Positions 51,042 through 60,756 of a stretch of DNA of 64,000 bases are shown in pieces. Origin of the DNA: Candidatus Thorarchaeota archaeon (GTDB taxonomy: Archaea; Asgardarchaeota; Thorarchaeia; Thorarchaeales; Thorarchaeaceae); contig JBHLQH010000003.1 of assembly GCA_048884965.1 (NCBI GenBank), forward strand, positions 99,304-163,303. Reading direction: 5' to 3'. The notes below the pieces were generated by a model, which made no database searches, was not told the DNA's origin, and worked only from the letters and a program-made list of their open reading frames with translations. The first letter of the stretch is position 1; every line of letters starts with the position of its first letter. The translations under genes and the position numbers were made by a program.

Positions 51042-51842
51042 ATGAGCGAAACCATGTTAATCGAAACGAACGACCTTGCTGTTCGATATCCCAATGGCGA
51101 ACTCGCATTACACAACATCACTTTTAGTGTTCCTAGTCCAACATTCATGGCTATTATTGGTCCAAATGGATCCGGAAAGAGCACTTTCTTGAAGACTGCC
51201 TTAGGTATGCTCAAACCAGTACGTGGAAGTATGCGTGTGCTAGGATATGATACGGTTTCTGAGAGCAAACACATTCGAAAGCAAGTACGATATGTTCCTC
51301 AGCGAGATCGAATTCAGCTATCAGTACCGATGAAGGTAAAGGATATCGCATTAATGGGCCGCCTTCTCAAAAAGCCTCCACCAAGATATGCGACATCGAA
51401 AGACAAAGAAATGGCACTTGAAGCTCTAAGGAAAGTCAATATGGACTCACTCTGGAATAGGCCCTTTACAGAGCTTTCTGGTGGTCAAAGACAGAGAGTA
51501 CTTGTTGCTAGGGCGCTTGCAAGCGAAGGATCCCTCCTCATGCTTGATGAGCCCCTTGCTGGAACAGACGCAGAGAGCCAGTCGTTGATAGTGGACGCGC
51601 TTGCAGAGTATCATCGGGATAATGAGATCAATATCATCATGGTCACGCATGACCTCAATCCAATTCACACGATGGTCAAGGATGTCCTCCTTCTCAAGAA
51701 TACCTTGGTTGGAGTTGGTTCGCCATGTGATATGATGGACCTTGAACTGCTAGTCAGAGTCTATGGCCCTTCTGCAAAGGTAGTAGAGTACGCGGGTCAC
51801 AGATACTGTGTTACTCATGATACTGGAGTTGACCGTCATTGA
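51042..51842 (+). CDS. znuC: Zn/Mn ABC transporter ATPase
   Basis: GPNGSGKS, YVPQ, LSGGQRQR, LDEP, VTHDL. Confidence 0.9.
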   Translation: MSETMLIETNDLAVRYPNGELALHNITFSVPSPTFMAIIGPNGSGKSTFLKTALGMLKPVRGSMRVLGYDTVSESKHIRKQVRYVPQRDRIQLSVPMKVKDIALMGRLLKKPPPRYATSKDKEMALEALRKVNMDSLWNRPFTELSGGQRQRVLVARALASEGSLLMLDEPLAGTDAESQSLIVDALAEYHRDNEINIIMVTHDLNPIHTMVKDVLLLKNTLVGVGSPCDMMDLELLVRVYGPSAKVVEYAGHRYCVTHDTGVDRH

Positions 51843-52774
51843 TTGACTTAATCATCGCGATTCTTTCAGCACCTTTTGTCCAACGTGCAATTCTCGGAGC
51901 GGTACTGATAGCAATCGTTGCAGCTACGAGCGGCACCTTTCTTGTTTTTCGTGGTCTATCCTTCATGACCTCTGGCGTAGCACATGCTGCATTAGGTGGT
52001 GCAGCTCTCGGTCTGTTCCTACAATATACTGAGATTGCGCCTTGGTTCGATCCAATCCTAGGAGCATTGCTTTTCAGTATCTTTGTCGCGTTGATCACTG
52101 GCTATGCAGGCGAACGCGGAATTGCAGAGAAAATGGAGGTTGCAGTTGGTGTATCCTTCGCGCTCTCTATGAGTATCGCCGTGCTGCTAATGTACTATAT
52201 ACCACCTACCCAGGTACCTCAGATTTGGGGATATCTCATAGGGGATATTCTTCTCCTCAATAATCTAGATTTGCTTCTACTTGCTGAAACGGCCGCTTCA
52301 TTACTTTTCCTTACATTGCTTTTCAACAAGGAATTCGTGTATGTTAGCATTGATATGGATGGGGCCACTGCACATGGCTTGAATTCTCGGGCATATCATT
52401 ACTTGATGCTCATAACTTCTGCTTTGGCGATCGCGTTTGCAACGAAGGCTGTTGGCGCAATTCTTGTCTATGCCATAATGGTGGCTCCAGCTGCAGCTTC
52501 CAATGAGATAATCAAATCAGTTAGAGGCGTCATCATCTCAGTATTCTTCATTGCCCTCGTTTCAGAGATGATTGGCCTTCTCGCTTCATTCACGATCCAG
52601 GCCTCTCCAAGTGCAATCGCGGGAATTCTTGCAGCTCTCTCGTATGTTCTTGCATTGCAGATAAAGCGCTTCAAAGAACGCAATGTCGATGATGAAATCC
52701 CAGAGATTGAGAAAATAACTGAGGCACAAAAAAACTTCATTGAAAGTGGCGACACGGAACATCACCAACACTAG
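51839..52774 (+). CDS. znuB: Zn/Mn ABC transporter permease
   Basis: GVAHAALGG, YLIGDIL, VGAILV...P; His-rich tail. Confidence 0.9.
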   Translation: MIDLIIAILSAPFVQRAILGAVLIAIVAATSGTFLVFRGLSFMTSGVAHAALGGAALGLFLQYTEIAPWFDPILGALLFSIFVALITGYAGERGIAEKMEVAVGVSFALSMSIAVLLMYYIPPTQVPQIWGYLIGDILLLNNLDLLLLAETAASLLFLTLLFNKEFVYVSIDMDGATAHGLNSRAYHYLMLITSALAIAFATKAVGAILVYAIMVAPAAASNEIIKSVRGVIISVFFIALVSEMIGLLASFTIQASPSAIAGILAALSYVLALQIKRFKERNVDDEIPEIEKITEAQKNFIESGDTEHHQH

Positions 52775-52848
52775 GTACGAGTTTCAAATGGTCGGTATCT
52801 TTAAGTGTAAAACACTAGCATCGAGCAAGTCAAGGTCGGTGAACGACA

Positions 52849-53244
52849 GTGAGTGATGAAGTTCCAGAAAGAGAAGAAATTATTCGATCAACACTGATAA
52901 CTGCCATATTGACCAGCATATTCCTGATACTTGGTCTATTATTCTGGGTATGGTCAAATTCACCCGATGTGGAATCTCCGCTAACTGCGATTAACGATGT
53001 CAATGCATTCATAGTGCCCCTATTGGAAATCCTGTTCATGGGTGGAATGTACTTCTTCATGACCGTTACAGTTGTTAATCTTCGCCTATATCTAACAGGA
53101 ATCCGAGCAGGATGGCTTGACATTATCTTGCTTCTTATAGTTCAAGTTGTAATTTCCTATTTGATGTTTGGACTTGAGGTGACTGGAGCAAGCTTTGTGG
53201 TCTGTCTTGCATTTATCGCATACCTTTACCTACTCCAAGAGTAA
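52849..53244 (+). CDS. Hypothetical four-TM membrane protein
   Basis: Hydrophobic helices; ggtga RBS. Confidence 0.7.
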   Translation: MSDEVPEREEIIRSTLITAILTSIFLILGLLFWVWSNSPDVESPLTAINDVNAFIVPLLEILFMGGMYFFMTVTVVNLRLYLTGIRAGWLDIILLLIVQVVISYLMFGLEVTGASFVVCLAFIAYLYLLQE

Positions 53245-53448
53245 ATCACTAGAATCTTCTAGAACTTCATCGTACCAGAAGCTTTATGTGTTTAGGCCAA
53301 GCTTTCTCGATTAACCTACAAGGCAGACTTGCCCGTGGTTATCAAGATCAGCAATTGATTGGTCTGGCTAAAGGAATTGTCAGTTATTCCTGAAACCTTA
53401 AGTTCTGACTTCCTTCTAGTCGCACGGACATTGCTGGAGGATATTACT

Positions 53449-54189
53449 ATGTTCGGTATTTCAGGTGCAGGGTACGATACAAGCACCGGTATATTTAGTC
53501 CTGAAGGACGAATATTCGCTGCTGAATACGCAAAGAAAGCAGTAGAACAAGGTGCGACTTCCATTGGCGTTCTTGCAAAGGATGGAGTTATCCTGCTTGC
53601 AGAGAAGAGAGTTTTACCACTTCAAGAACCTGATAGCGTAGAGAAGATCTCGAAGGTGGATGACCATATCGGGGTTGCTACCTCAGGATTCATGGCTGAT
53701 GCGCGACAGCTGATTCAAGAAGCTCGTGTTAAAGCACAATCCTTCTGGCTTACCTTTGAAGAACCAATCTCAGGAGAAGCTCTTGCAGAACATATCTGCA
53801 ATGAAAAAGTGACTAGGTTGTCACTTGATATGCGCCAAGGAGGCCGTCCATATGGTGTCGCGTTGCTAATTGGTTCTGTTGATCTTGATGGAAAGCCAAG
53901 ACTATTCATGACTGATCCTGTTGGATATCATTGGGGCTATCTTGCTGGTGTTATCGGACGGGGAAGTACTCAAGCTGGTGAATACCTGGAGAAGCATTAC
54001 AAGCGCACACTCAAGATGCCAGAAGCCATTCGGCTTGCTCTTGGAGCGCTTCGGCAAGTCACTGACTCGGAACTCGATAAGGAAAATGTCGAGATTGCCC
54101 AAATACCTGTGAAGACAGGCAAATTCTATCGTCTATCCTATGCTGAGATCGAATCTTATCTCACCAGTGAAGAAACAACCAAGGAGTGA
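53449..54189 (+). CDS. psmA: Proteasome alpha subunit
   Basis: GYD....FSPEGR...EYA, DDHIG...SG..ADAR, RPYGV, TDP.G; ATG 53449 after ggagg. Confidence 0.93.
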   Translation: MFGISGAGYDTSTGIFSPEGRIFAAEYAKKAVEQGATSIGVLAKDGVILLAEKRVLPLQEPDSVEKISKVDDHIGVATSGFMADARQLIQEARVKAQSFWLTFEEPISGEALAEHICNEKVTRLSLDMRQGGRPYGVALLIGSVDLDGKPRLFMTDPVGYHWGYLAGVIGRGSTQAGEYLEKHYKRTLKMPEAIRLALGALRQVTDSELDKENVEIAQIPVKTGKFYRLSYAEIESYLTSEETTKE

Positions 54190-54196
54190 AACAGAA

Positions 54197-54931
54197 ATGA
54201 GTGGCGGCGGTGGCTCGGGACAGAAAAGTGGCGACAAGTGGTTGGATTTAGATGCAGTAGTTGTAGGAATTAGAAAAGGACACCTACGCTTTGAGATTTT
54301 TGTTGATCCAGATCTAGCCTTCAAATATCGACGAGGAGAGGAGGTTCCTCTTCAGGACATTCTGAAAAGCTACCAAATCTATGAAGATGCACGAAGAGGT
54401 GAACATGCCACTGAAATGCTGGTTCAGGATGCCTTTGGATCTTCTGATATTTTTGATATCGCTCCAGAAATCATCAAGCACGGAGAATTCCGGCTAACTC
54501 ATGAACAACGAATACAGATGACTGAGGAGAAGACAGAAGCTATCATCCATGACATCTCAAAAAGAGCTATGAATCCACAGACTGGGCATCCTCATCCTCC
54601 TGACCGCGTGCGTCAGGCAATGGAAGAAGCAAAAGTCAAAGTTGATCCGTTCATTACCATAGAGGAACAAGTGCCAAAGATTGTCAAGGCTCTTAGAGTC
54701 GTAATTCCCATTTCCTTTGAGAGTGTCAAAATCAAGGTCACTATCCCCGCATCATTCGCTGGGAAAGGATACAATATGGTTGCCATGGCTGGCGTCATTA
54801 AGACTGACACTTGGGAGCAGGATGGCTCATGGACCGGTCTTGTAGAAATACCCGCCTCAAAGAGGCAAGAGCTCTATGATGAGCTCAACAAGCTGACTAA
54901 GGGACAGATACGTTTGGACCTCCAACGATAG
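54197..54931 (+). CDS. sdo1: Ribosome maturation factor SBDS/Sdo1
   Basis: FEIFVDPD, NPQTGHPHPP.R...AMEEA, IPISFE; canonical position. Confidence 0.93.
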   Translation: MSGGGGSGQKSGDKWLDLDAVVVGIRKGHLRFEIFVDPDLAFKYRRGEEVPLQDILKSYQIYEDARRGEHATEMLVQDAFGSSDIFDIAPEIIKHGEFRLTHEQRIQMTEEKTEAIIHDISKRAMNPQTGHPHPPDRVRQAMEEAKVKVDPFITIEEQVPKIVKALRVVIPISFESVKIKVTIPASFAGKGYNMVAMAGVIKTDTWEQDGSWTGLVEIPASKRQELYDELNKLTKGQIRLDLQR

Positions 54932-55000
54932 TATTCACGTTATGTCAGCAATTTACGATCGCATATGTAATTAAGAAAATAAACTGAGGGAAAAGAGAAA

Positions 55001-55963
55001 TTGGCTGTATTCTTTTCGAAAAGAGAAATCGTTATTCCCGGTCAGGTACTGGCTGATGGCAGATATAGGTCCTCTATGGGCACCTATGAGAAAGAGGGCA
55101 AAGTCTTCTCTGCCGTAGTCGGCTTGGCTGAATTAAGAGGGAATACCGTAAAAGTAGTCCCCCTCCAAGGAGTGTATATACCACGTGAAGGGGATTTTGT
55201 AATTGGAACAATAACGATAGTAGCAGGAAACAATTGGAAAGTTGAGATTGGTGGACCCTACCTAGCCTCTCTACATGCAAATAATGCCCTGAGACGCCCC
55301 TATGATGATGATATCTCTCGTTACATGGATATTGGTGATGTCGTGGCGGCTGAGGTCACTGCCTTTGACCGAAATACTGGTCCGTTCCTTTCTATGAAAG
55401 GTCGAGGCCTAAGAAAGTTGGAGGGTGGAATGCTTGTAAAGGTCAGTCCCGCTAAGATTCCGAGGGTCATCGGAAGAAGGGGCTCGATGATCAATATGAT
55501 CAAGGATTTGCTGCGAATACAAACTTTCGTTGGACAGAATGGCGTTATCTGGATACGCGCTCGAGATATCGAGCTACAGAGACTTGCTGTAAAGGCCTTC
55601 AAGATGATAGAAGCTGAGGCTCATACCTCAAAACTCACTGACCGAGTCAATGATATGTTGAAGAAAGAGCTAGCAGGGTTGAAGGGCACTTCTGTCAGCG
55701 ATGAACCATCAGATGACACTGTAGATGAAGATGATTATGACGACTTTGCCGAAGATGATTATGACGATTCTACAGACTACGAATCTGAACCGACACCTGA
55801 GGCAGAGGATGAAATAGACCTAGATGCTGAGGTCGAGGAAACTGATGATACAACAGAATCTGGTGAACCTAAACCGGAAGCAGTGAAAGCTGAGAAGGAA
55901 GAAGCAGAGCCAGCTATGAACGATGAACTTGAGAAAGAATCTAAGGAAGTGAATGAAGAATGA
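55001..55963 (+). CDS. rrp4: Exosome cap protein Rrp4 with long acidic C-terminal tail
   Basis: VIPG, YIPREGD.VIG (S1), KIPRVIGRRGSM (KH), GQNG.IW. Confidence 0.95.
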   Translation: MAVFFSKREIVIPGQVLADGRYRSSMGTYEKEGKVFSAVVGLAELRGNTVKVVPLQGVYIPREGDFVIGTITIVAGNNWKVEIGGPYLASLHANNALRRPYDDDISRYMDIGDVVAAEVTAFDRNTGPFLSMKGRGLRKLEGGMLVKVSPAKIPRVIGRRGSMINMIKDLLRIQTFVGQNGVIWIRARDIELQRLAVKAFKMIEAEAHTSKLTDRVNDMLKKELAGLKGTSVSDEPSDDTVDEDDYDDFAEDDYDDSTDYESEPTPEAEDEIDLDAEVEETDDTTESGEPKPEAVKAEKEEAEPAMNDELEKESKEVNEE

Positions 55964-56793
55964 GTCCGGAGAAAAAACCAGACAATCTCATTAATGCTGA
56001 AGGTCTAAGAGTTGATGGAAGAAGAATTGATGAGCTTAGACCTGTAGAAATGAAGGTGGGAGTCCTTAAACAAGCTGATGGGTCTGCTTCAATCAGACAA
56101 GGCAAGACCTACATAATAGCTGCCGTATATGGACCCCGTGAGCTACATCCTCGTCATTTGACACTTAATGACAGAGCGTACTTAAGAGTTGTATATCGAA
56201 TGACAACCTTCTCAGTACCAGATCGAAAGAGACCAGCTCCCTCTCGTCGAGAAAAGGAAATCTCAATGGTCATTGCAAATGCACTTAGTCCGGTAATCTT
56301 CTTGGAAGAATTTCCAAAGGCTGTGATTGATGTATTTGTGACGGTCATTCAGGCAGATGGAGGCACTCGCTGTGCTGCTATTAATGCGGCATCACTAGCA
56401 TTAGCTGATGCAGGAATCCCAATGAGGAGTCTTGTACCCGCAGTTGCAGTTGGCAAGGCTGACGGACAGCTTGTTGTCGACCTAGGTGATGAAGAGGACA
56501 AATACGGACAGGGTGACATTCCTATGGCAATTATCCCCCCGACGGAGGAGATTGTGCTTCTCCAGCAAGATGGTTCCTTTACTCGTGAAGAGATAATGGA
56601 AGCCCTGCAAATGGGAATAAACTCCTGCAAGTATCTGCATGAGGTACAAAAAGATGCACTGAAGGCAGCCTATGTTGGAAGTGGATCTGAAGAAGATGAT
56701 GATGACGACGAGGACGATATTGATGACGATGAAGACTATGATGACGACCTCGAGCATGACCTCGGTGAAGCCGAGATTCCAGGAGATGATTAA
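55960..56793 (+). CDS. rrp41: Exosome catalytic subunit Rrp41 with acidic tail
   Basis: RVDGR...ELRP, ADGSA, YGPRE, QADGGTR, LADAGIPM. Confidence 0.96.
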   Translation: MSPEKKPDNLINAEGLRVDGRRIDELRPVEMKVGVLKQADGSASIRQGKTYIIAAVYGPRELHPRHLTLNDRAYLRVVYRMTTFSVPDRKRPAPSRREKEISMVIANALSPVIFLEEFPKAVIDVFVTVIQADGGTRCAAINAASLALADAGIPMRSLVPAVAVGKADGQLVVDLGDEEDKYGQGDIPMAIIPPTEEIVLLQQDGSFTREEIMEALQMGINSCKYLHEVQKDALKAAYVGSGSEEDDDDDEDDIDDDEDYDDDLEHDLGEAEIPGDD

Positions 56794-56795
56794 GA

Positions 56796-57623
56796 ATGGG
56801 TGATTGGAGTTCAGAAGTAATCAGTCACATCGATCGTGAATTCATTCGCGACATGCTCAGCAAAGGTGAGCGAGTTGATGGCCGAGCTCTTGAGGAGTTT
56901 CGCCCAATAGAGATTGATGTAGATGTAGTACCAGCTAAAGCAGAAGGATCTGCGCTCGTTAAACTGGGTGATACTAGTGTCGTAGCAGGCGTAAAGGTAC
57001 TTCCAGGTGAGCCATTCCCTGACTCTCCAGACGAGGGATTTGTGATGGTCACTGCAGAGATGTCCCCCATGGCATCCCCCTTGTTTGACCTTGGTCCTCC
57101 ACGAGAGGATGCAATAGAGCTAGCCAGAGTTGTTGACAGAGGTGTGAGAGAGTCTGAAACTGTTGATACAAAGAAGCTATGTATCGAACCAGGTAAGCAA
57201 GTATACACGGTTTTTGCTGATGTCTATCCTCTAGAATATGACGGGAACTTGATTGATGCATCATCAATCGCGGTCAATGCTGCATTGGCAACGACAAGAT
57301 TCCCTGAGCTAAAGTACGAAAACAAAGCACTTGTGGAAACTGGAAACATGCTATCTGTACCCCTAATGAATATGGCAGTAGAGGTCACAATAGCAAAGAT
57401 TGGCAAGTATTTGGTTGTTGATCCGATACTCAAGGAAGAGATGGTTCAAGACACTCGACTCACAATTGCAGTAGACGAGAATGAGAACATGACCGCTATG
57501 CAGAAGGGTGGTGGTGTTGGACCCATCAGTTTGGAAGAGATCGATCGGTCAATGGAACTTGCGGTTGAGAAGTCTCATGACATTATCTCCGCAATCAAGG
57601 AAGCAATCAAATCTGTCAAGTAA
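56796..57623 (+). CDS. rrp42: Exosome subunit Rrp42
   Basis: RVDGR, AEGSA.V.LG.T, ELARVVDRG.RE, DGNL.DA, MQKG. Confidence 0.96.
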   Translation: MGDWSSEVISHIDREFIRDMLSKGERVDGRALEEFRPIEIDVDVVPAKAEGSALVKLGDTSVVAGVKVLPGEPFPDSPDEGFVMVTAEMSPMASPLFDLGPPREDAIELARVVDRGVRESETVDTKKLCIEPGKQVYTVFADVYPLEYDGNLIDASSIAVNAALATTRFPELKYENKALVETGNMLSVPLMNMAVEVTIAKIGKYLVVDPILKEEMVQDTRLTIAVDENENMTAMQKGGGVGPISLEEIDRSMELAVEKSHDIISAIKEAIKSVK

Positions 57624-57634
57624 CAGAACTGTGT

Positions 57635-57659
57635 GAGCGGGACCTTCCCGCTCCCTTTT
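57635..57659 (+). terminator. Hairpin plus T tract after rrp42
   Basis: gagcggga-cct-tcccgctc-cctttt. Confidence 0.55.
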
Positions 57660-57779
57660 CCTGAAACGAACCGAGCATAAGCCTAATAAGCGGAATCGAA
57701 GGGCGACTGATAGATTCCAGCAGTGCCCTTGAATCATATTGCACTGGAATCATAGTATATTCATTAGGAGACCAGTAAC

Positions 57780-58190
57780 ATGGCAAGAACCAAGAAAGTT
57801 GGAAGCACAGGTCGCTTCGCAGCAAGATATGGTGCGAAGTTACGAAGAAGGGTATTGGATATTGAGAAGAAGAGAAATGAGCCACATCGATGTCCTGCTT
57901 GTGCTACAAGGGCGCTGAAGAGGAAAGCTGCTGGTCTGTGGAAGTGTACCAAGTGCGAACTTCTTTTTGCAGGAGGCGCCTATGTGCCTTACACTGATGC
58001 TGGAAAGGCTGCAAAGAGAGCGATTGCACAACGTGTTGCCGGCGACTTCTTGGCTTTGACAGATCAAGAGGATCTCGAAGAACTTGAGTTCCTACCAAAT
58101 ATCGAGCCAGAAATAGAAGCTGAGGACTATGAAGAGAGTAGCGAAGACCTCATCTTACCAGATGATGAGGAAGAGTTTGGCGACGAATAG
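57780..58190 (+). CDS. rpl37ae: Ribosomal protein eL43 (L37Ae) with acidic C-terminal extension
   Basis: TKKVG.TGRF.ARYG..LR, CPAC, W.CTKC, AGGAY. Confidence 0.95.
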   Translation: MARTKKVGSTGRFAARYGAKLRRRVLDIEKKRNEPHRCPACATRALKRKAAGLWKCTKCELLFAGGAYVPYTDAGKAAKRAIAQRVAGDFLALTDQEDLEELEFLPNIEPEIEAEDYEESSEDLILPDDEEEFGDE

Positions 58191-58756
58191 TGTCTTCCAT
58201 TCTGATAACTACCTCCCGTAGACCCTCTAATCGTGTTCGGACCTTCGTCCGAGATATACAGTCTATCATTCCAGATAGTCTAAGATTCAATCGTGGTGGC
58301 ATGAGTCTGCCTGAGATTGTGTCCAGAATTCAACAATCAAATACCCGTGCAGCATTTATCATATCTAGCTATAAAGGGAATCCTGGGAATCTGCAGGTCA
58401 TTGAGAGTAACGGCGTGATCGTCTACGAACTAGTCCTAGAAAGTGCATTATTGCGGAGAGAAACAAGAAAAGAAGATCGTACTAGGATCAGTTACCTGAG
58501 CACAGTTTCTGTTCATCAAGATTCAAGTACCAATACTAAGGAATTTGGCTCCTACTTGGCAGCACTACTTGATGTAGACTTTAGTGAAATCAAGGAGATT
58601 TCTGATATGCAATCTGATTTGGCAGGACGGACTTCGATATTCTTGCAGGACTATGATAGCAAAGTGCTTTGGACAGTATATCACACACTCGATCTAAGTG
58701 AGATAGGTCCCAGGATACGAATCTCACATATCAGGAGGTTTCCAAATGAACAATGA
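58190..58756 (+). CDS. Brix/Imp4-domain ribosome biogenesis protein
   Basis: ILITTSRRPSNRVR, NRG, KGNPG, IGPRI. Confidence 0.88.
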   Translation: MSSILITTSRRPSNRVRTFVRDIQSIIPDSLRFNRGGMSLPEIVSRIQQSNTRAAFIISSYKGNPGNLQVIESNGVIVYELVLESALLRRETRKEDRTRISYLSTVSVHQDSSTNTKEFGSYLAALLDVDFSEIKEISDMQSDLAGRTSIFLQDYDSKVLWTVYHTLDLSEIGPRIRISHIRRFPNEQ

Positions 58757-59021
58757 GAGCAATCAATCTGGAACAGCAACGCTAGAGATAGATATCGGAG
58801 ACCCTGAGCTTGTAGACATACTTTATAGGGCTCTAGGACCCGAAACCCTCTCTGTACCTTCTGACAGAGCCCGAGTAACCCTTACCAAGCTCGATGGGGC
58901 TCTTACCATCATGATACAGGCTGACGACCTCACAGCTCTACGAGCCGCAATGAACTCATACCTTGCTTGGATATCAGGAAGTTTAGGTGCAGTCGAGTCT
59001 GTCACAAGCCAAAACCCTTAA
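58746..59021 (+). CDS. pcc1: KEOPS complex subunit Pcc1
   Basis: I.ADDLTALRAAMNSYL.W; canonical position. Confidence 0.9.
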   Translation: MNNESNQSGTATLEIDIGDPELVDILYRALGPETLSVPSDRARVTLTKLDGALTIMIQADDLTALRAAMNSYLAWISGSLGAVESVTSQNP

Positions 59022-59078
59022 GTCAAAACTATCTGGCGCGTAGTGAAAGCACACCAATCATAAACGGTGGTTATATCC

Positions 59079-59441
59079 ATGGCTCAACAAATTACTCCAG
59101 AGTTGGAAAACAAGATCCGAGAATGGCAAAACATCAGACAGCAAGTAGAAGCATTCAGGAATCAGATTGCCGTAAGGCAACAGGAACTAAATGAGATTCA
59201 ATTGACCTTGGAGGAGCTGAAGAAGCATCCTGACGACGTTACGACCTACAAAGCTGTTGGTAGTGTCATGTTCCAAGTCAACAAAACCAAAATCACCTCA
59301 GATCTTGAAGATAGAAAGGGCGATCTAGAAACCCTGATCAAATCTGTTAAGACCAAGCTGGAGAAAATTGAAGCAAAGGATAAGGAACTAGAAAACCAGA
59401 TACAAATCGAACTGTCCCAGCGAAATCTTACTCTACAGTGA
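59079..59441 (+). CDS. pfdB: Prefoldin beta subunit
   Basis: Coiled coil around YKAVGSVMF; canonical position. Confidence 0.92.
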   Translation: MAQQITPELENKIREWQNIRQQVEAFRNQIAVRQQELNEIQLTLEELKKHPDDVTTYKAVGSVMFQVNKTKITSDLEDRKGDLETLIKSVKTKLEKIEAKDKELENQIQIELSQRNLTLQ

Positions 59442-59740
59442 GAGAGATGAAACCCGTAGTCGACATTGGCCTCCCCGATTTGGATGAGGAGCAGATAGAT
59501 GCCTTAGCGGAAGCATGCGAGAAGCAAATCACTTCCTTCATTTTGAATGAGATTCCAAGTAAAAGCATAGACGAGCTATCCATCAGTTGTACCCTAGATC
59601 TTGATGATGAGCTGCATTTGGCAATAGACATCGATATCATTCAGAAGTATTCAACTGGTCAAAATCTTGAAGAGATTACAAATCGTGCCTCAGAGTATGC
59701 TTCTGATTGGCTGGAGCGACAACTGAAGGAGATGAAGTGA
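59438..59740 (+). CDS. DUF3194-like protein
   Basis: IGLPDL.EEQI..LAE motif; typical neighbour of pfdB. Confidence 0.75.
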   Translation: MREMKPVVDIGLPDLDEEQIDALAEACEKQITSFILNEIPSKSIDELSISCTLDLDDELHLAIDIDIIQKYSTGQNLEEITNRASEYASDWLERQLKEMK

Positions 59741-60747
59741 GGGTGGATATTAGGGCATTATTGTCATCAGCCAAGAATATCATAATTCTTGGTCATCATA
59801 ATGCCGACCCAGATGCTGTCTGCTCGATGATTGCTTTTCAGCATCTTGTTGTGTCTATTAATCCAGGAGTAACAACGACTCTCGCCTGTGATGATGTCAG
59901 CAGACTATCTAAACAGGTGTTGGATACTTTCGCGCCTGCCTCACAGATTTTAGAGAATGCTGATGGAGAATTCGATCTTGTCATTGTTCTTGATACAAAC
60001 AGCTCTCTTCAGCTGGGAAATGGTTTCGGAAAATTCGTTTCTAATCCCTCTGTTGTTTTAGTGGTTGATCATCATGAATTCAATCCTGAAGTCCACCAAA
60101 TTGCAGAACATACCGTAATAGAGACTCAAGCATCCTCAACATGTGAGGTTCTAGTCAAACTCTATAGAGAGATGGAAACACGTATTGACCCTAAAATTGC
60201 GAATCTACTCCTAACAGGAATGCTATTTGACACACGAAGATTCTTCTATGTCGGTCCAGCTACCCTTGAGTCTGCGCTAGCGTTGGTTAAGGACGGAGCT
60301 GACTATGATGCTTGTATTCGGTCATTGACGATAAAACCCGATCGTTCAGAGAGAATAGCACGTCTGAAAGCAGCTTCTCGTCTTCTCGTTCATACAATCG
60401 GGGATTGGGTCATTGTCACTGCAAAGATAGGCGCATATGAAGCCAGCGCCTGTCGAGGTCTGATCGATTTGGGTGCAGATGTTGCAATTGTTGGAGGAAA
60501 GCCAGCAAAGGATGTTGTTAGGATAAGTGCGCGGAGTACAAATGAGTTCTATCAGGAAACTGGAATAAACCTCGGCACAGATATCATGGAACCCTTAGGA
60601 GAACTGATTGATGGGAAGGGCGGAGGTCACCCAAATGCTGCAGGGGCAAATGGAACCCGGAATCGAAAGAAGGCATTGCTCCAGTCAGTCGAACTCATAA
60701 GAAAGATACTGGAACAGAATTCATCTACTCAGACACAAGGAGGTTGA
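59737..60747 (+). CDS. DHH/DHHA1 phosphoesterase (NrnA-like)
   Basis: HHNADPDA, VLDT, VDHH, SSTCE, FDT, GGGHPNAAG. Confidence 0.92.
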   Translation: MRVDIRALLSSAKNIIILGHHNADPDAVCSMIAFQHLVVSINPGVTTTLACDDVSRLSKQVLDTFAPASQILENADGEFDLVIVLDTNSSLQLGNGFGKFVSNPSVVLVVDHHEFNPEVHQIAEHTVIETQASSTCEVLVKLYREMETRIDPKIANLLLTGMLFDTRRFFYVGPATLESALALVKDGADYDACIRSLTIKPDRSERIARLKAASRLLVHTIGDWVIVTAKIGAYEASACRGLIDLGADVAIVGGKPAKDVVRISARSTNEFYQETGINLGTDIMEPLGELIDGKGGGHPNAAGANGTRNRKKALLQSVELIRKILEQNSSTQTQGG

Positions 60748-60756
60748 TTTTCACTA

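Noticed and set aside
53359-53448. N-terminal extensions from the ORF track on psmA (also sdo1, znuC, DHH, DinB-like, 10393 gene)
   Set aside because: Downstream starts with RBS or stop/start overlap fit the family N-termini better.
56690-56760. gat/gac trinucleotide-like repeats (also 55720-55770 and within 15323-16621)
   Set aside because: They encode poly-Asp/Glu with mixed codons and are not DNA-level tandem repeats.
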